IMG/VR virus record: IMGVR_UViG_3300016472_000923
Length of the DNA: 64,000 nt
Source of the DNA: a virus
Reading direction: 5' to 3' (one strand)
Made by a program: the position numbers and the translations under genes. Positions 18,654-28,990 of the stretch are shown piece by piece. Every line of letters starts with the position of its first letter. The stretch's first letter is position 1. A model generated the notes under the pieces. That model saw nothing but the letters and a program-made list of their open reading frames with translations, had not been told where the DNA came from and did not search any database.

Positions 18654-20048
18654 ATGCCCAGATTATCCATGTGGCGTCCTAACAAGACGAACGATTACCG
18701 CTTTTTCGACCGTACTATTTCGGAGATGTACACCGTGGGTGGGGTGGATATCTACATCCACAAATACCTTGGCCCAAAAACTGGGGAAGGCGATTCAGTA
18801 GAAAGCGGAAACTACGATGCCACCCAGCCCAATTACTCAGTGGAAGATCCGTTGTTCATACAGGATCTCCTGCTGTTGGAAAATCGCGACAGGTCCTATG
18901 ATGCTGACATCTATCAGATGCGCGGAGTTTTCAATGTAGGTGATATAGACTTTGATCTCACGCAGTTTGGTTTGTTCTTGAACAATGATACCTTGTTCAT
19001 CACTTTCCATTACAACGATATGATAGACACCATTGGTCGCAAACTCATGAGTGGTGATGTGCTGGAGATTCCAAACCTCAAAGATCCCAACCCGTTGAAC
19101 GCTGCCATAGCCAAGGCCCTGCCCAAATATTATGTGATCCAGGACGCTGCCTATGCTGGGGAAGGGTTCGCTAGAGAATGGCTGCCGCACACCTGGCGTG
19201 TGAAAGCCACGCCCATGGTCAATGCCCAAGAGTATCAAGACATCTTGGACAAACCGTTTGAGACCACGAATATCTGGGATCCTATCAACTTCTATCCACA
19301 AGGCACCATCGTGCTGTCCGGCGACACATATTATCAAGCCAGGATTGACACACCCGTGGGCACAGACATCACCAATACGACCTATTGGCTCGAGATCACT
19401 GATCCCACAACTATCGCAGATGTAGATAGCACTCGCAACAAAGACCTACAGATCAACGATGCCTTGTTGGCGCAGGCCGAGATCGATGTGCCATTAAGTG
19501 GGTATGACACAGTTAAGTTTTATATCTTCCCTACCAACCCCGATGGTACTCCAGCAGATCCCAATTCAGTGACCATCGACAGCACCAATATTGATGTGGA
19601 CGCCACAGGAGTCAATGTTGCTGACGCGGCACAGACACCACAGGCCGACGGCTATACCATGGGATACTTGACTGGCGACGGCATCGCACCCAATGGTCTA
19701 CCTGTGACACCAGGCATATCGTTTCCCACTAATCCCCAGCAAGGAGCATATGCCCTGCGCTTGGATTATTTTCCAAATCGACTGTTCCGTTACGACGGTC
19801 GGCGCTGGATCCATATCGAAGATGCGGTGCGCACCGATCTCAGCAATGGGCCGCTTAACAATACCCTGCGTAGCAGTTTCGTCAACAATACATACACAGT
19901 GAGCACAACAGATCTTGGCAACATACCCAGCCGACAGAGCTTGAGTGAGTTGCTGAAACCTCGTGCCGACAACGGCGATGATGGTGGCTTCAAACCCGCC
20001 AACCCAAGACCAGGCACTTATCCTGGACAAAGAAACGACACGGACTAA
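18654..20048 (+). CDS. gp14: Neck / head-closure protein, gp14-like
   Basis: IQDLLLLENRDR.Y, DLTQFGLFL, GDVLEIP; TAAATA at 18641; lies between gp13 and gp15. Confidence 0.65.
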   Translation: MPRLSMWRPNKTNDYRFFDRTISEMYTVGGVDIYIHKYLGPKTGEGDSVESGNYDATQPNYSVEDPLFIQDLLLLENRDRSYDADIYQMRGVFNVGDIDFDLTQFGLFLNNDTLFITFHYNDMIDTIGRKLMSGDVLEIPNLKDPNPLNAAIAKALPKYYVIQDAAYAGEGFAREWLPHTWRVKATPMVNAQEYQDILDKPFETTNIWDPINFYPQGTIVLSGDTYYQARIDTPVGTDITNTTYWLEITDPTTIADVDSTRNKDLQINDALLAQAEIDVPLSGYDTVKFYIFPTNPDGTPADPNSVTIDSTNIDVDATGVNVADAAQTPQADGYTMGYLTGDGIAPNGLPVTPGISFPTNPQQGAYALRLDYFPNRLFRYDGRRWIHIEDAVRTDLSNGPLNNTLRSSFVNNTYTVSTTDLGNIPSRQSLSELLKPRADNGDDGGFKPANPRPGTYPGQRNDTD

Positions 20049-20051
20049 TCA

Positions 20052-21425
20052 ATGTCTCAACAATTTTTTTATGATGCCCAAATACGCCGGTTCCTGATAC
20101 AGTTTGCCAGGATCTTTTCAAACTTTTCGGTAGAATATGGTGGCACCAACCCTGACACACAGGCCCTGGTGCGTGTGCCCGTGAGATATGGTGATGCCAC
20201 ACGGCAGGCACAGACCATCATACAAGAGAACTCGGCCAGCAACATGCCGTCGACGCCGTTGATCACATTTTACATCACGGCCTTGGAATATGCCCGTGAC
20301 CGGCTGCAAGAACCTTATCATGTCAGCAAGGTACAAGTCCGGCAACGGACCTATGACACCAGCACTGATACCTACGAGACCACACAAGGCAATGCTTTCA
20401 CAGTAGAGCGGCTGATGCCTGTGCCTTATACCTTGACTTTGAACGCGGATTTTTGGACGAGCAACACCAATCAAAAATTCCAGTTAGTTGAACAGATAGC
20501 CACCTTGTTCAACCCCAGCTTGGAGATACAGAGCACTGATAACTATCTGGACTGGACCAGCCTGTCAGTGGTAGAACTTGAGCGTGTGAATTGGTCTAGC
20601 CGTGTCATACCAATGAACGCTGAAAATCCCATAGACATATTCACCATGACGTTTAAACTGCCGATCTTTATCTCTTCACCGGCCAAGGTCAAGAAATTGG
20701 GCGTGGTACAGAAGATCATCATGAGCATGTATGACGAAAACGGCGATGCCAACGAAGCCATACTCAACAACGACTTGCTTTTAGGTACCAGACAGAAGTT
20801 CACGCCTTACAACTTCCAGGCCTTGCTGATCGGCAACAAAGTACAGGCACTGAAGTACAGCCAGACTGTACCTGTGCCCAATGACAATACCACGCCACCG
20901 CAATCGCCGCCCAGCAACGAATTCTGGCAAGCTGTGGTCGGCATGTACGGAGTGTTGCGACCGGGCATCAGCCAGATCAGATTTGACAATCAATGGGGCG
21001 ATGACACACAGGTCATTGGCACAGTAAGCTATGATCCCACCGATGATCGATTCCTGTTGATCAATATAGACGAAGACACCTTGCCACAAAACACGCTGGA
21101 TCCTGTGGATGCAGTGATCAATCCCTTGACCGCTGGGCCTGGAGAAGGGCTACCTGCAGCAGTGGCAGGCCAACGGTATCTAATACTAGATGACATGGGA
21201 GGAGATACCACTGCCTGGGGCAACTTTGCCGGGGCTCGGGCCAATGACATCATCCAATATGATGGAGACTTTTGGTTTGTAGCTTTTGAGTCGGCAGACC
21301 AGACTACTAATGTAGAATTTGTAACCAATATCACCACCGGCTTGCAATACCGCTGGACTGGCACTGAATGGGTCAAAAGTTACGAAGGGCTGTATCCTTC
21401 GGGAGAATGGAGCCTGGTGTTGTGA
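20052..21425 (+). CDS. gp15: Tail terminator / sheath stabiliser, gp15-like
   Basis: FFYD.QIRR, VPVRYG, MPVPY, EQIATLFNP. Confidence 0.8.
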   Translation: MSQQFFYDAQIRRFLIQFARIFSNFSVEYGGTNPDTQALVRVPVRYGDATRQAQTIIQENSASNMPSTPLITFYITALEYARDRLQEPYHVSKVQVRQRTYDTSTDTYETTQGNAFTVERLMPVPYTLTLNADFWTSNTNQKFQLVEQIATLFNPSLEIQSTDNYLDWTSLSVVELERVNWSSRVIPMNAENPIDIFTMTFKLPIFISSPAKVKKLGVVQKIIMSMYDENGDANEAILNNDLLLGTRQKFTPYNFQALLIGNKVQALKYSQTVPVPNDNTTPPQSPPSNEFWQAVVGMYGVLRPGISQIRFDNQWGDDTQVIGTVSYDPTDDRFLLINIDEDTLPQNTLDPVDAVINPLTAGPGEGLPAAVAGQRYLILDDMGGDTTAWGNFAGARANDIIQYDGDFWFVAFESADQTTNVEFVTNITTGLQYRWTGTEWVKSYEGLYPSGEWSLVL

Positions 21426-21853
21426 ACGCAGTAGGCGTATGGTTTTACAGCATCAGCACCGACCGTTATCTTTATCTCATGCGAGATGATGCCAAGCACC
21501 CAGGATCGTGGGGATTGCCCGGAGGCAAAGCCGAGGCTGGCGAAAGCCTGTTGGTAGCGATGAAACGCGAGTGTGAAGAAGAGATTGGCGGTTTTCCAGA
21601 TTTCGTCAAACTCATCCCTTTAGAGATGTTTACCAGCGACGATGGTAGATTTAGATATCACACATTTTTCTGCGGCGTGGATGAGGAATTCATTCCTCGA
21701 TTGAACCATGAACACCATGGGTATGCCTGGATTGACAGCGACCATTGGCCAAAACCCTTGCACCCAGGACTGTGGTCTACTTTAAACTTTGATGCGGTGC
21801 AATCTAAAATCAAGTCTATCACCCAAAGCATGCAGGATCAGACATCGCAATAA
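21422..21853 (+). CDS. NUDIX hydrolase
   Basis: WGLPGGK.E.GE......RECEEEIG Nudix box, LNHEH; GTG start overlaps the upstream stop. Confidence 0.88.
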   Translation: MNAVGVWFYSISTDRYLYLMRDDAKHPGSWGLPGGKAEAGESLLVAMKRECEEEIGGFPDFVKLIPLEMFTSDDGRFRYHTFFCGVDEEFIPRLNHEHHGYAWIDSDHWPKPLHPGLWSTLNFDAVQSKIKSITQSMQDQTSQ

Positions 21854-22503
21854 CTGATCCAAGATCTGTAGTCTTGGCAGATGACATTGCGCAGTCTACG
21901 CCACTCCGGAGGCATGCGGCTTTCTACTCCTACCAAGATGAATAGTGTGGTATCATAAGCAGCCATGACCCGTCCAATATCTGCTACAGTGTGGTCGGTC
22001 AACCAAGGCGTATCAAGGCTGGCGCCCAATAAAAAGATTTCACGGTGGCCGTCAAATGCGGGAAGATACACTGCTGTGGCCTGGCTGTCCATCGATGGTG
22101 TCATGGGTATGAGATACAGGCGGCCGGGGTAAGTCAGTACAACCCTGGGTGTGGTATATACCGTGCATCGTTCTTCGTATCCTTGCGCGACCATGGCATC
22201 AATTTCAGATCTTTCTTTACCAATCCAAAAATCTAAAATCATGTCTTGCCAGATGCGGCCTGTGGCATAGGTCTGTAATCGTTTTTTACCAAGCAAGCCT
22301 CCACGATGCCGTTGCAATCTAGCGAAATCAAACAAGCCTCGATCCGCATCGCTAATTATGACTGCGGCACGACCTGAGATGTGATGATTTTCAATGGGAT
22401 TAGGAATCCACTCGCGGCTTTGTTGTTTCATACCACCGGACCAGCGTGTTTCTGTGACTAGAAACTCGCCGCTGTAATCACGGCGATAGCACGGCAATGT
22501 CAT
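21838..22503 (-). CDS. Hypothetical protein, possibly MAF/DUF115- or glycosyltransferase-like (degenerate)
   Basis: AFDGHREIFLLG segment resembles ALDGHRPIYLLGFD of 32174-32758. Confidence 0.5.
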   Translation of the reverse strand: MTLPCYRRDYSGEFLVTETRWSGGMKQQSREWIPNPIENHHISGRAAVIISDADRGLFDFARLQRHRGGLLGKKRLQTYATGRIWQDMILDFWIGKERSEIDAMVAQGYEERCTVYTTPRVVLTYPGRLYLIPMTPSMDSQATAVYLPAFDGHREIFLLGASLDTPWLTDHTVADIGRVMAAYDTTLFILVGVESRMPPEWRRLRNVICQDYRSWISYCDV

Positions 22504-23270
22504 AGTCGTCCTACTAAGACCTCTATGACACCAGGACCATCGCTATCATGATTTTCCAGGGCTTTGCCGATTATCACCCCCGGTTGATACAGTGGTGCGG
22601 GTAGCACACAGGCATGACCTGGCACATTACTGCTGCACAACACATCACCGCGATTGACATAGCCCACTACTTGGCAGGGCACACGGCCCAGCAAGGCCAC
22701 AGTGACCGCGGTAGGAGAATCTTCAGTAGCGTTCATTATCACCGCTGGTGCGGTGGATACTACACCGGCTATTTTAGTTGACGCTAGGCTTGAAGATTGT
22801 GTCACTTCTTGCTGACCACCAATCTCCAGCACTGTACCAGGTTCATAGATCTCATCCGCGATGTACCGTTCTGCGATGTCAGCGTATTGTGCAGATGTGG
22901 CCTTGGCAAATACAGTGTTGAAATAACCGGTGGCATTGCCAATATTGCCGGTGCCATTGGCTTGGCTGTTGACTATGCCAGCCGAAGTAAAAGCTGCTAT
23001 GCCTGATCCGCCCACTGTAATAGCGATACTGCCACCTGAACTCAACACTTTTACATTAGAAGTTCCATTGGATATAGAATCGGCGCTCAAAGTACCAATC
23101 TCAGCATCAACATAGGCCACAGTAGCGAGATTGCCGCCGCCACCGGCCGTGGTACCATCATGCACTCTCAGCGTCCAGTTGGTAGTGTCCACGGTAATCT
23201 CGCCCAAAGCACCAGTAAAGGCGTTGTTTTGTGTGGCAGTGCCTCGGCGATATTGTACTTGTGTGCTCAT
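22500..23270 (-). CDS. Short fibre-like protein: Mtd/hyaluronidase-type N-terminus plus C-terminal chaperone-like domain
   Basis: QYRRGT..N..FTGA.GEITVDT..LRVHDG; ATSAQYADIAE...GRVP...IGKAL. Confidence 0.7.
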   Translation of the reverse strand: MSTQVQYRRGTATQNNAFTGALGEITVDTTNWTLRVHDGTTAGGGGNLATVAYVDAEIGTLSADSISNGTSNVKVLSSGGSIAITVGGSGIAAFTSAGIVNSQANGTGNIGNATGYFNTVFAKATSAQYADIAERYIADEIYEPGTVLEIGGQQEVTQSSSLASTKIAGVVSTAPAVIMNATEDSPTAVTVALLGRVPCQVVGYVNRGDVLCSSNVPGHACVLPAPLYQPGVIIGKALENHDSDGPGVIEVLVGRL

Positions 23271-23296
23271 TTTTTATTCCTTGCTGATATTTATGT

Positions 23297-25696
23297 TTAT
23301 GCCCCGCGCATCATAGAACCATTGAACCAGGAAATTGTTCCTGTTCCTGCATTTTGTACAGTTCTATTGGCTCCACTGGTTTGTTGTGCATATATTTCAA
23401 AATAATCACCCGTGCCGTTAGCATATACCAAACAACTGATGTTCATGGTCCAGAAATCGTTGGCAAATGCTGTGCCAGATTGATTCCATGATCTCCGGAA
23501 TGCTGCACCGTTCTTGTAGACCACGATCATACACTCGCCAGTCCCGGGACCGCCACCGTCCATACGGATGGCCGAATTGAGTTGATAGTATCCTTCGACT
23601 GTGGGAGTGAATGTTGAACTGGCAAAATTACTATTGGTGTCAAAATCTTCTGTCCCAAATAATACTTTCTGCAGTGACCCGGATGTGATAGTTTGTGCTG
23701 TACCCGAACTGGGATAAGCCGAAAATGCTGGCCCATTGACTGCTTGTTTTCCCGCAACAGATATTGGACCTGTTACACTCAACCCACCAGAGTTAGTCAA
23801 GCTCAATATAACACTGCTGTAGGCACTGTCCACAACTTCCAATCCGCCAGTACTGGTCAAGCGGAATGTCTTGTTGGGATTGGTAGCTCCGCCGGAAGAG
23901 TTTGTGGCTTTTAGGAAGTCTGCGTAGCCTGTGCCGCCTTGGGTGTTGGCTGCGCTGACTTGGATACCGGAACCTATGGCCGTTGCCGGAGCATAGGCAA
24001 TGATGGCCTGTCCGCTGCTAATAAGATTTCCAGCCGTTATGTTGCCAGTGGTAGTGATCACTGCATTAGCGGTCAGTATATTGCCATTGATTGAGTTGAC
24101 GATAAAGTTATCATTGCTGACAAAACCTTCAATGTAAAAACTACCAAGGTCATAACTTTCTGTCACTGCAGCGGTCACGCTGCCTAGGTCTTCGGACACT
24201 GTCACTGCTTCGGTGACCAGCCCCATGTCGCCGCCAGTGGCAAAAATACTTTCACTGCCTACAGATGATATGGTAATAGTGTTATTGGCAGCATCAGTGG
24301 TGATAGCTATGCCCGATCCCTCGGCTAAGGTCAGAGTATCACTAGTGTTATCCGCGCTGACTGTTGTTTCTCCTGAAACTGCGATGTTACCAAAGGCATT
24401 GATTCCCGTAAGTTGGCTACCGTTGCCAAGTATATAGGACCCTGTAACATTGCCACTGGCTGTAACGGTAGTGGCAGTGACAGCACCATTAGATACTAAA
24501 TTCCCACCCGACACATTGCCGGTGGCATTTACAGTACCAGCTGTGGATAAATTGCCAACCGTAGCTGTACCTGTGGCAGTTATGGTAGTGGCAATGACAG
24601 TGGAATTGGATATTAGGTTACCACCCGAGATGTTGCCTGTGGCATTGACAGTACCTGCTGTACTGACATTACCAAATATACCCGTACCAGTAGTGGTAAT
24701 GTTAGTAGCAGTGACGGTAGCATTGGATACCAGATTACCACCTGAGATGTTGCCCGTGGCATTGATAGCACCAGTGGCAGATATATCAGTTGTGTTGACA
24801 GTGGTCACTGTCAGCGAAGTACCAGTGATAGTGCCGTTGGATGTCAGATTGCCACCCGAAATATTGCCAGTGGCATTGACAGTACCCGATGTGCTGACAT
24901 TGCCAAATGTGCCTGTACCTGTGGTAGTGATCGTTGTACCGGTTATGGCCGAGTTGGACACAAGATTGCCACCCGAAATATTGCCAGTGGCATTGACAGT
25001 ACCCGATGTGCTGACATTGCCAGTGGCACTCACACGTCCTGTGACATCCAGGCCTGATGTGGAAAAAACTGCTATGTTGCCGGTACCACCTATGCCCACA
25101 GTGACATTGCCGCCTGAGCTGACAACATTGACGTTTGATGTACCGTTAGAGATACTGTTGAGGCTGATGCCAGTGACACCGATGGTCACTGTCTTTGATG
25201 TGTTGTTGCCGGTGATGGCGATGTTGTCGCCTGCGGTCAGCGTGACTGTTCCGCCTACAGCATTGGCCAATACTGCAGTTCCATTGGCATAGATATTGCC
25301 AAACGCATAGGCAGAGTTCTGTTCAAATACCAGAGCAGTGGTGCCGATGACGATAGGATTGTTGGTAGTCAGCTTCCATTGCGTGTCTTTGTACTCATCG
25401 CCTTCGGTGACCATGACGATCATGCCGGCCTGGATCTCGCCAGTCTCATTGCCGTCTGTGGTGCGCACCCAAGTGCCGTTGTTGCCCGCGCCCACGGTCT
25501 GCACATAATATAGACCGTTTTGGCTGCCAGTGCTCTGTCCAGCCACCAGCACCCGATCGTCCGCAACCAAGCTCACACCATCCACAGTGGCCGGGGCCCC
25601 ACCTGCCAGTGTGATGTTGCTCAGTGTGATCACACGCACCGCTTGCTTGTAGTCGATGTCGGAGATCTGCTCCGCCCTGATCCGCGTCAATCCCAT
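23297..25696 (-). CDS. Tail fibre protein with 39-aa repeats and a C1q-like tip
   Basis: T/G/N-rich repeats; C-terminal GPAFSAY..LFGTEDFDTNSNF..FTPTVEGYYQ. Confidence 0.75.
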   Translation of the reverse strand: MGLTRIRAEQISDIDYKQAVRVITLSNITLAGGAPATVDGVSLVADDRVLVAGQSTGSQNGLYYVQTVGAGNNGTWVRTTDGNETGEIQAGMIVMVTEGDEYKDTQWKLTTNNPIVIGTTALVFEQNSAYAFGNIYANGTAVLANAVGGTVTLTAGDNIAITGNNTSKTVTIGVTGISLNSISNGTSNVNVVSSGGNVTVGIGGTGNIAVFSTSGLDVTGRVSATGNVSTSGTVNATGNISGGNLVSNSAITGTTITTTGTGTFGNVSTSGTVNATGNISGGNLTSNGTITGTSLTVTTVNTTDISATGAINATGNISGGNLVSNATVTATNITTTGTGIFGNVSTAGTVNATGNISGGNLISNSTVIATTITATGTATVGNLSTAGTVNATGNVSGGNLVSNGAVTATTVTASGNVTGSYILGNGSQLTGINAFGNIAVSGETTVSADNTSDTLTLAEGSGIAITTDAANNTITISSVGSESIFATGGDMGLVTEAVTVSEDLGSVTAAVTESYDLGSFYIEGFVSNDNFIVNSINGNILTANAVITTTGNITAGNLISSGQAIIAYAPATAIGSGIQVSAANTQGGTGYADFLKATNSSGGATNPNKTFRLTSTGGLEVVDSAYSSVILSLTNSGGLSVTGPISVAGKQAVNGPAFSAYPSSGTAQTITSGSLQKVLFGTEDFDTNSNFASSTFTPTVEGYYQLNSAIRMDGGGPGTGECMIVVYKNGAAFRRSWNQSGTAFANDFWTMNISCLVYANGTGDYFEIYAQQTSGANRTVQNAGTGTISWFNGSMMRGA

Positions 25697-28600
25697 GAGT
25701 TCACCATAATCATGCAATATTTAGCCAAAAAAATAGGGCACAGCAGTGCCCTATTTGCTGCTCCATGAGCTTACAGCCTTCCCACTACCACTTCGATCAT
25801 GCCATCTGCGCCGTCAAAGTCGGCCAGGGCCTTGCCTATGATGGATCCTGTGATGGGATCTGTTTCTGCACGGGCACGGCCATCTCCGGTGGCTACCAAC
25901 ATGTCGCCTTTGCGTATGGTCCCTGTGACGCGGGTGGGCACGCGACCTGTCAGAGCTACTGCCACGACATAGTCTCCAGACAGACCTGCATTCATGATAT
26001 AGCTGGGATTGGTGGAAACCACGCCTGCGATTCTACGGCATGCATCAGTGCTGCATGTTGTGACTTCTTTGGCGCCACCAAAACACACCACTGTACCGGG
26101 TTCAATGATCGAATCGGCTTCGTACATCTCTGCTAGGTCGGCATATTGGGCCGAGGTAGCCGTGGCAAATATGGTGTTGAAATACCCAGTTGAGCTACCG
26201 ATATTTCCAGTTCCATTGGCGTTGCCGTTTAGGAAGTTGCCTGTGAGCACAAATGCGTTGCTGCCATCACCTTCGAAAGTCGCCGATCCGCTGGACAGAC
26301 CGGTCACTGTGGTTGTAGTGGTCAATATACGAGCATCAATCACATCACTGACTTCAGGTGCTTCGGTGAACACCAAGCTGTTGCCCGACACACTGTAAGC
26401 CGTGGTCGGGATCTGCACGATACCGTTGATTGAAACTATGGTGCCTGCCGTGGTTGAATCTTGGCTCAGCGTGAATGTGTTGGCCACGCCGTTGCCAACA
26501 AACGAGTCGGCCACGATCACAGTGAATGTGGTACCAGCTGATGTCCAAGAATCGTTGTCGTAATACTCCAGACTATCAGTGGTTGTATTGAAACGGAGCA
26601 TGCCGGTGACGCCGGTACTGGGTCGCTGAGCCGTGTTGCCCACAGCGATCAACACAGATGTGGTGGCTCCCACAGCCAAAGCAGCATTGGCGGTATTGGC
26701 GCTGTTGACCAGGGCATTGCCAATGATGGTCTTGCCTACTATGTTGCCTGTGCCAGAAACTTCAAGATTGCCCAAGGTACCTGTGGTAGTCACGGTCAGC
26801 GCACCGTTGCTGTTCAAATTACCACCTGCGATGTTGCCAGTGGCATTGACAGTGCCTGCTGTAGACAGATTGCCCACAGTAGCTGTGCCTGTGGTTGTCA
26901 GTGTAGTACCGGTGATAGTGCTATTAGAATTCAAGTTACCGCCGGTGATATTACCAGTGGAGTTGACAGTACCAGTGATTGATGCATTACCCACTGTCAT
27001 CAAATTAGTTGATTTATCAAATGTAAAGCTTGATGAAGCTCCTAATAAATCGCCGTCGTTGAACTGTACCTGTGTATTTGCTCCAGCAGCATCAATGTTG
27101 CCAGAAATGTTACCAATGAAGTTTGCTGCAGTGACGTTACCGGTGAATACTGCTCCTGTGCCCGTGACATTGGCCGTGGCATTGATATTGCCACCATTGA
27201 TGTTGCCTGTGGTACTGATTGTGCCTGATGTTGCACTGATAGCACCAGTTGTTGTCAACGTGGTACCAGTGATAGCGGCGTTGGATACTATATTGCCACC
27301 TGATACATTGCCGGTGGCGTTGACTGTTCCAGTGGTGGAAACATTGCCAAATGTACCAGTGCCCGTAGTGGTTATAGTAGTACCGGTTATGGTACCATTG
27401 CTGTTGAGATTACCACCTGTGATGTTTCCAGTGGCGTTGATTACACCTGAAATTGAAGCGTTACCGGCCGACACATTGCCAGTCAATACCAAACTGGTAC
27501 CAGTGGCAGCGCCAATGTTAGGAGTGACTAAATTAGCACCAGCCTTGACGATGATATTACCACCACCATCAAATGCTGTGGTATCATTGTCAACTTTGGC
27601 AGAAAAAACCGTTCCTGTCAACAATATACCAGCTGCTGTATTTGCTGTGTATGTCTGGCTGGAAGAAAACTGGGCAAACTCAATGTTAGAAGTTCCAAAG
27701 GTTATGGTCCCAGTGGGAGCGTCAACCACCCAGGCAGATCCTTTGTTGACATTACCGGATGTGACGAAGAAGTAGTCATTGTAACTGAGTTGGGTAGTGC
27801 TGTTGGCTCCGTACTCATCAGCATCTGTGGTGCGGATGATAGCCGTGGCGTTGGCCCAGTAGTAAATACCGTTGAGCGCAGCATTGCCTTCGTTCTTGAC
27901 CAAAATACGAGTATTCGCTGTTTGCACATTGGCATCATCGATTAGATTAAAAGACCCAGTGGTTGAGATAGTACCACCAATGCCGTTGGCAGCACCATTG
28001 GGCTGTGTATAAGTGATGGTGCCACCTGTGGTAGCAGCAAGAGTAGTAGTGGTAGCAGCTACCACCGATTGGTGATAGGTAAGTCCGGTTGCGACCATGG
28101 TGTCTACATAGACCTTGCTGGCAGCATCTGTATCTTGTGTAGGATAACCAAGATTATTGATCCACTGGTTGTTCATCACGATGTTGCCAGATCCATCCCA
28201 TTGCATTACGCCACTGGCAGAATTTAGGATAAGATCGCCTGATGTAGTGGTCACTGTTCCGGTATTCACTATGGCAGCAGTAACATTGCCCGTGGCTGTG
28301 ACTTGACCTGAGGTGCTTAAATTACCAACCGAAGCGTTGCCTGATGTGGTCAGTGTGGTGCCAGTGATAGCAGAGTTAGATACTATATTGCCGCCTGATA
28401 CATTGCCAGTGGCATTTACAGTACCGGTGGTAGATACATTACCAAAAGTACCAGTACCAGTTGTGGTTATCGTCGTTCCGGTGATAGTCCCGTTGCTGTT
28501 GAGATTACCACCTGTAATATTGCCAGTGGCATTGACTGTACCAGTTGTAGATAAATTACCTACCGTAGCGGTGCCCGTAGTGGTTATAGTAGTACCGGTT

Positions 28601-28990
28601 ATGGTACCATTGCTGTTGAGATTACCACCTGAGATATTACCTGTGGCATTGACCGTGCCTGCGGTGGATAAATTTCCAACTGTGGCAGTAGTCGTCACAG
28701 TGGCAGATCCATTGGATGTCAAATTGCCGCCTGACACATTACCAGTAGCGTTTACAGTACCTGCTGTAGATAAGTTACCAACAGTAGCTGTGCCTGTGGT
28801 TGTCAGTGTAGTACCGGTGATAGCGCTGTTAGAATTTAAGTTACCACCAGTTATGTTACCGGTAGCGCTGACCGTTCCAGATGTGGATACATTACCAACC
28901 GTGGCCGTGCCTGTGGTTGTCAGTGTGGTGCCAGTGATAGCAGCGTTGGAATTCAAGTTGCCACCTGTGATGTTGCCAGTAGCATTGATC
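24440..28990 (-). repeat. 117-nt (39-aa) coding repeats in two fibre genes
   Basis: Period 117 nt; identical 60-nt copies at 24846-24905 and 24963-25022. Confidence 0.85.
25727..25756 (-). terminator. Intrinsic terminator
   Basis: AAATAGGGCA-cagcag-TGCCCTATTT with a minus-strand U-tract. Confidence 0.8.

Noticed and set aside
22500-23270. Diversity-generating retroelement suggested by the Mtd-like N-terminus
   Set aside because: No reverse transcriptase or adenine-variable TR/VR pair in the window
24440-28990. CRISPR-like array
   Set aside because: The repeats are in-frame coding units without unique spacers, and no cas genes are present
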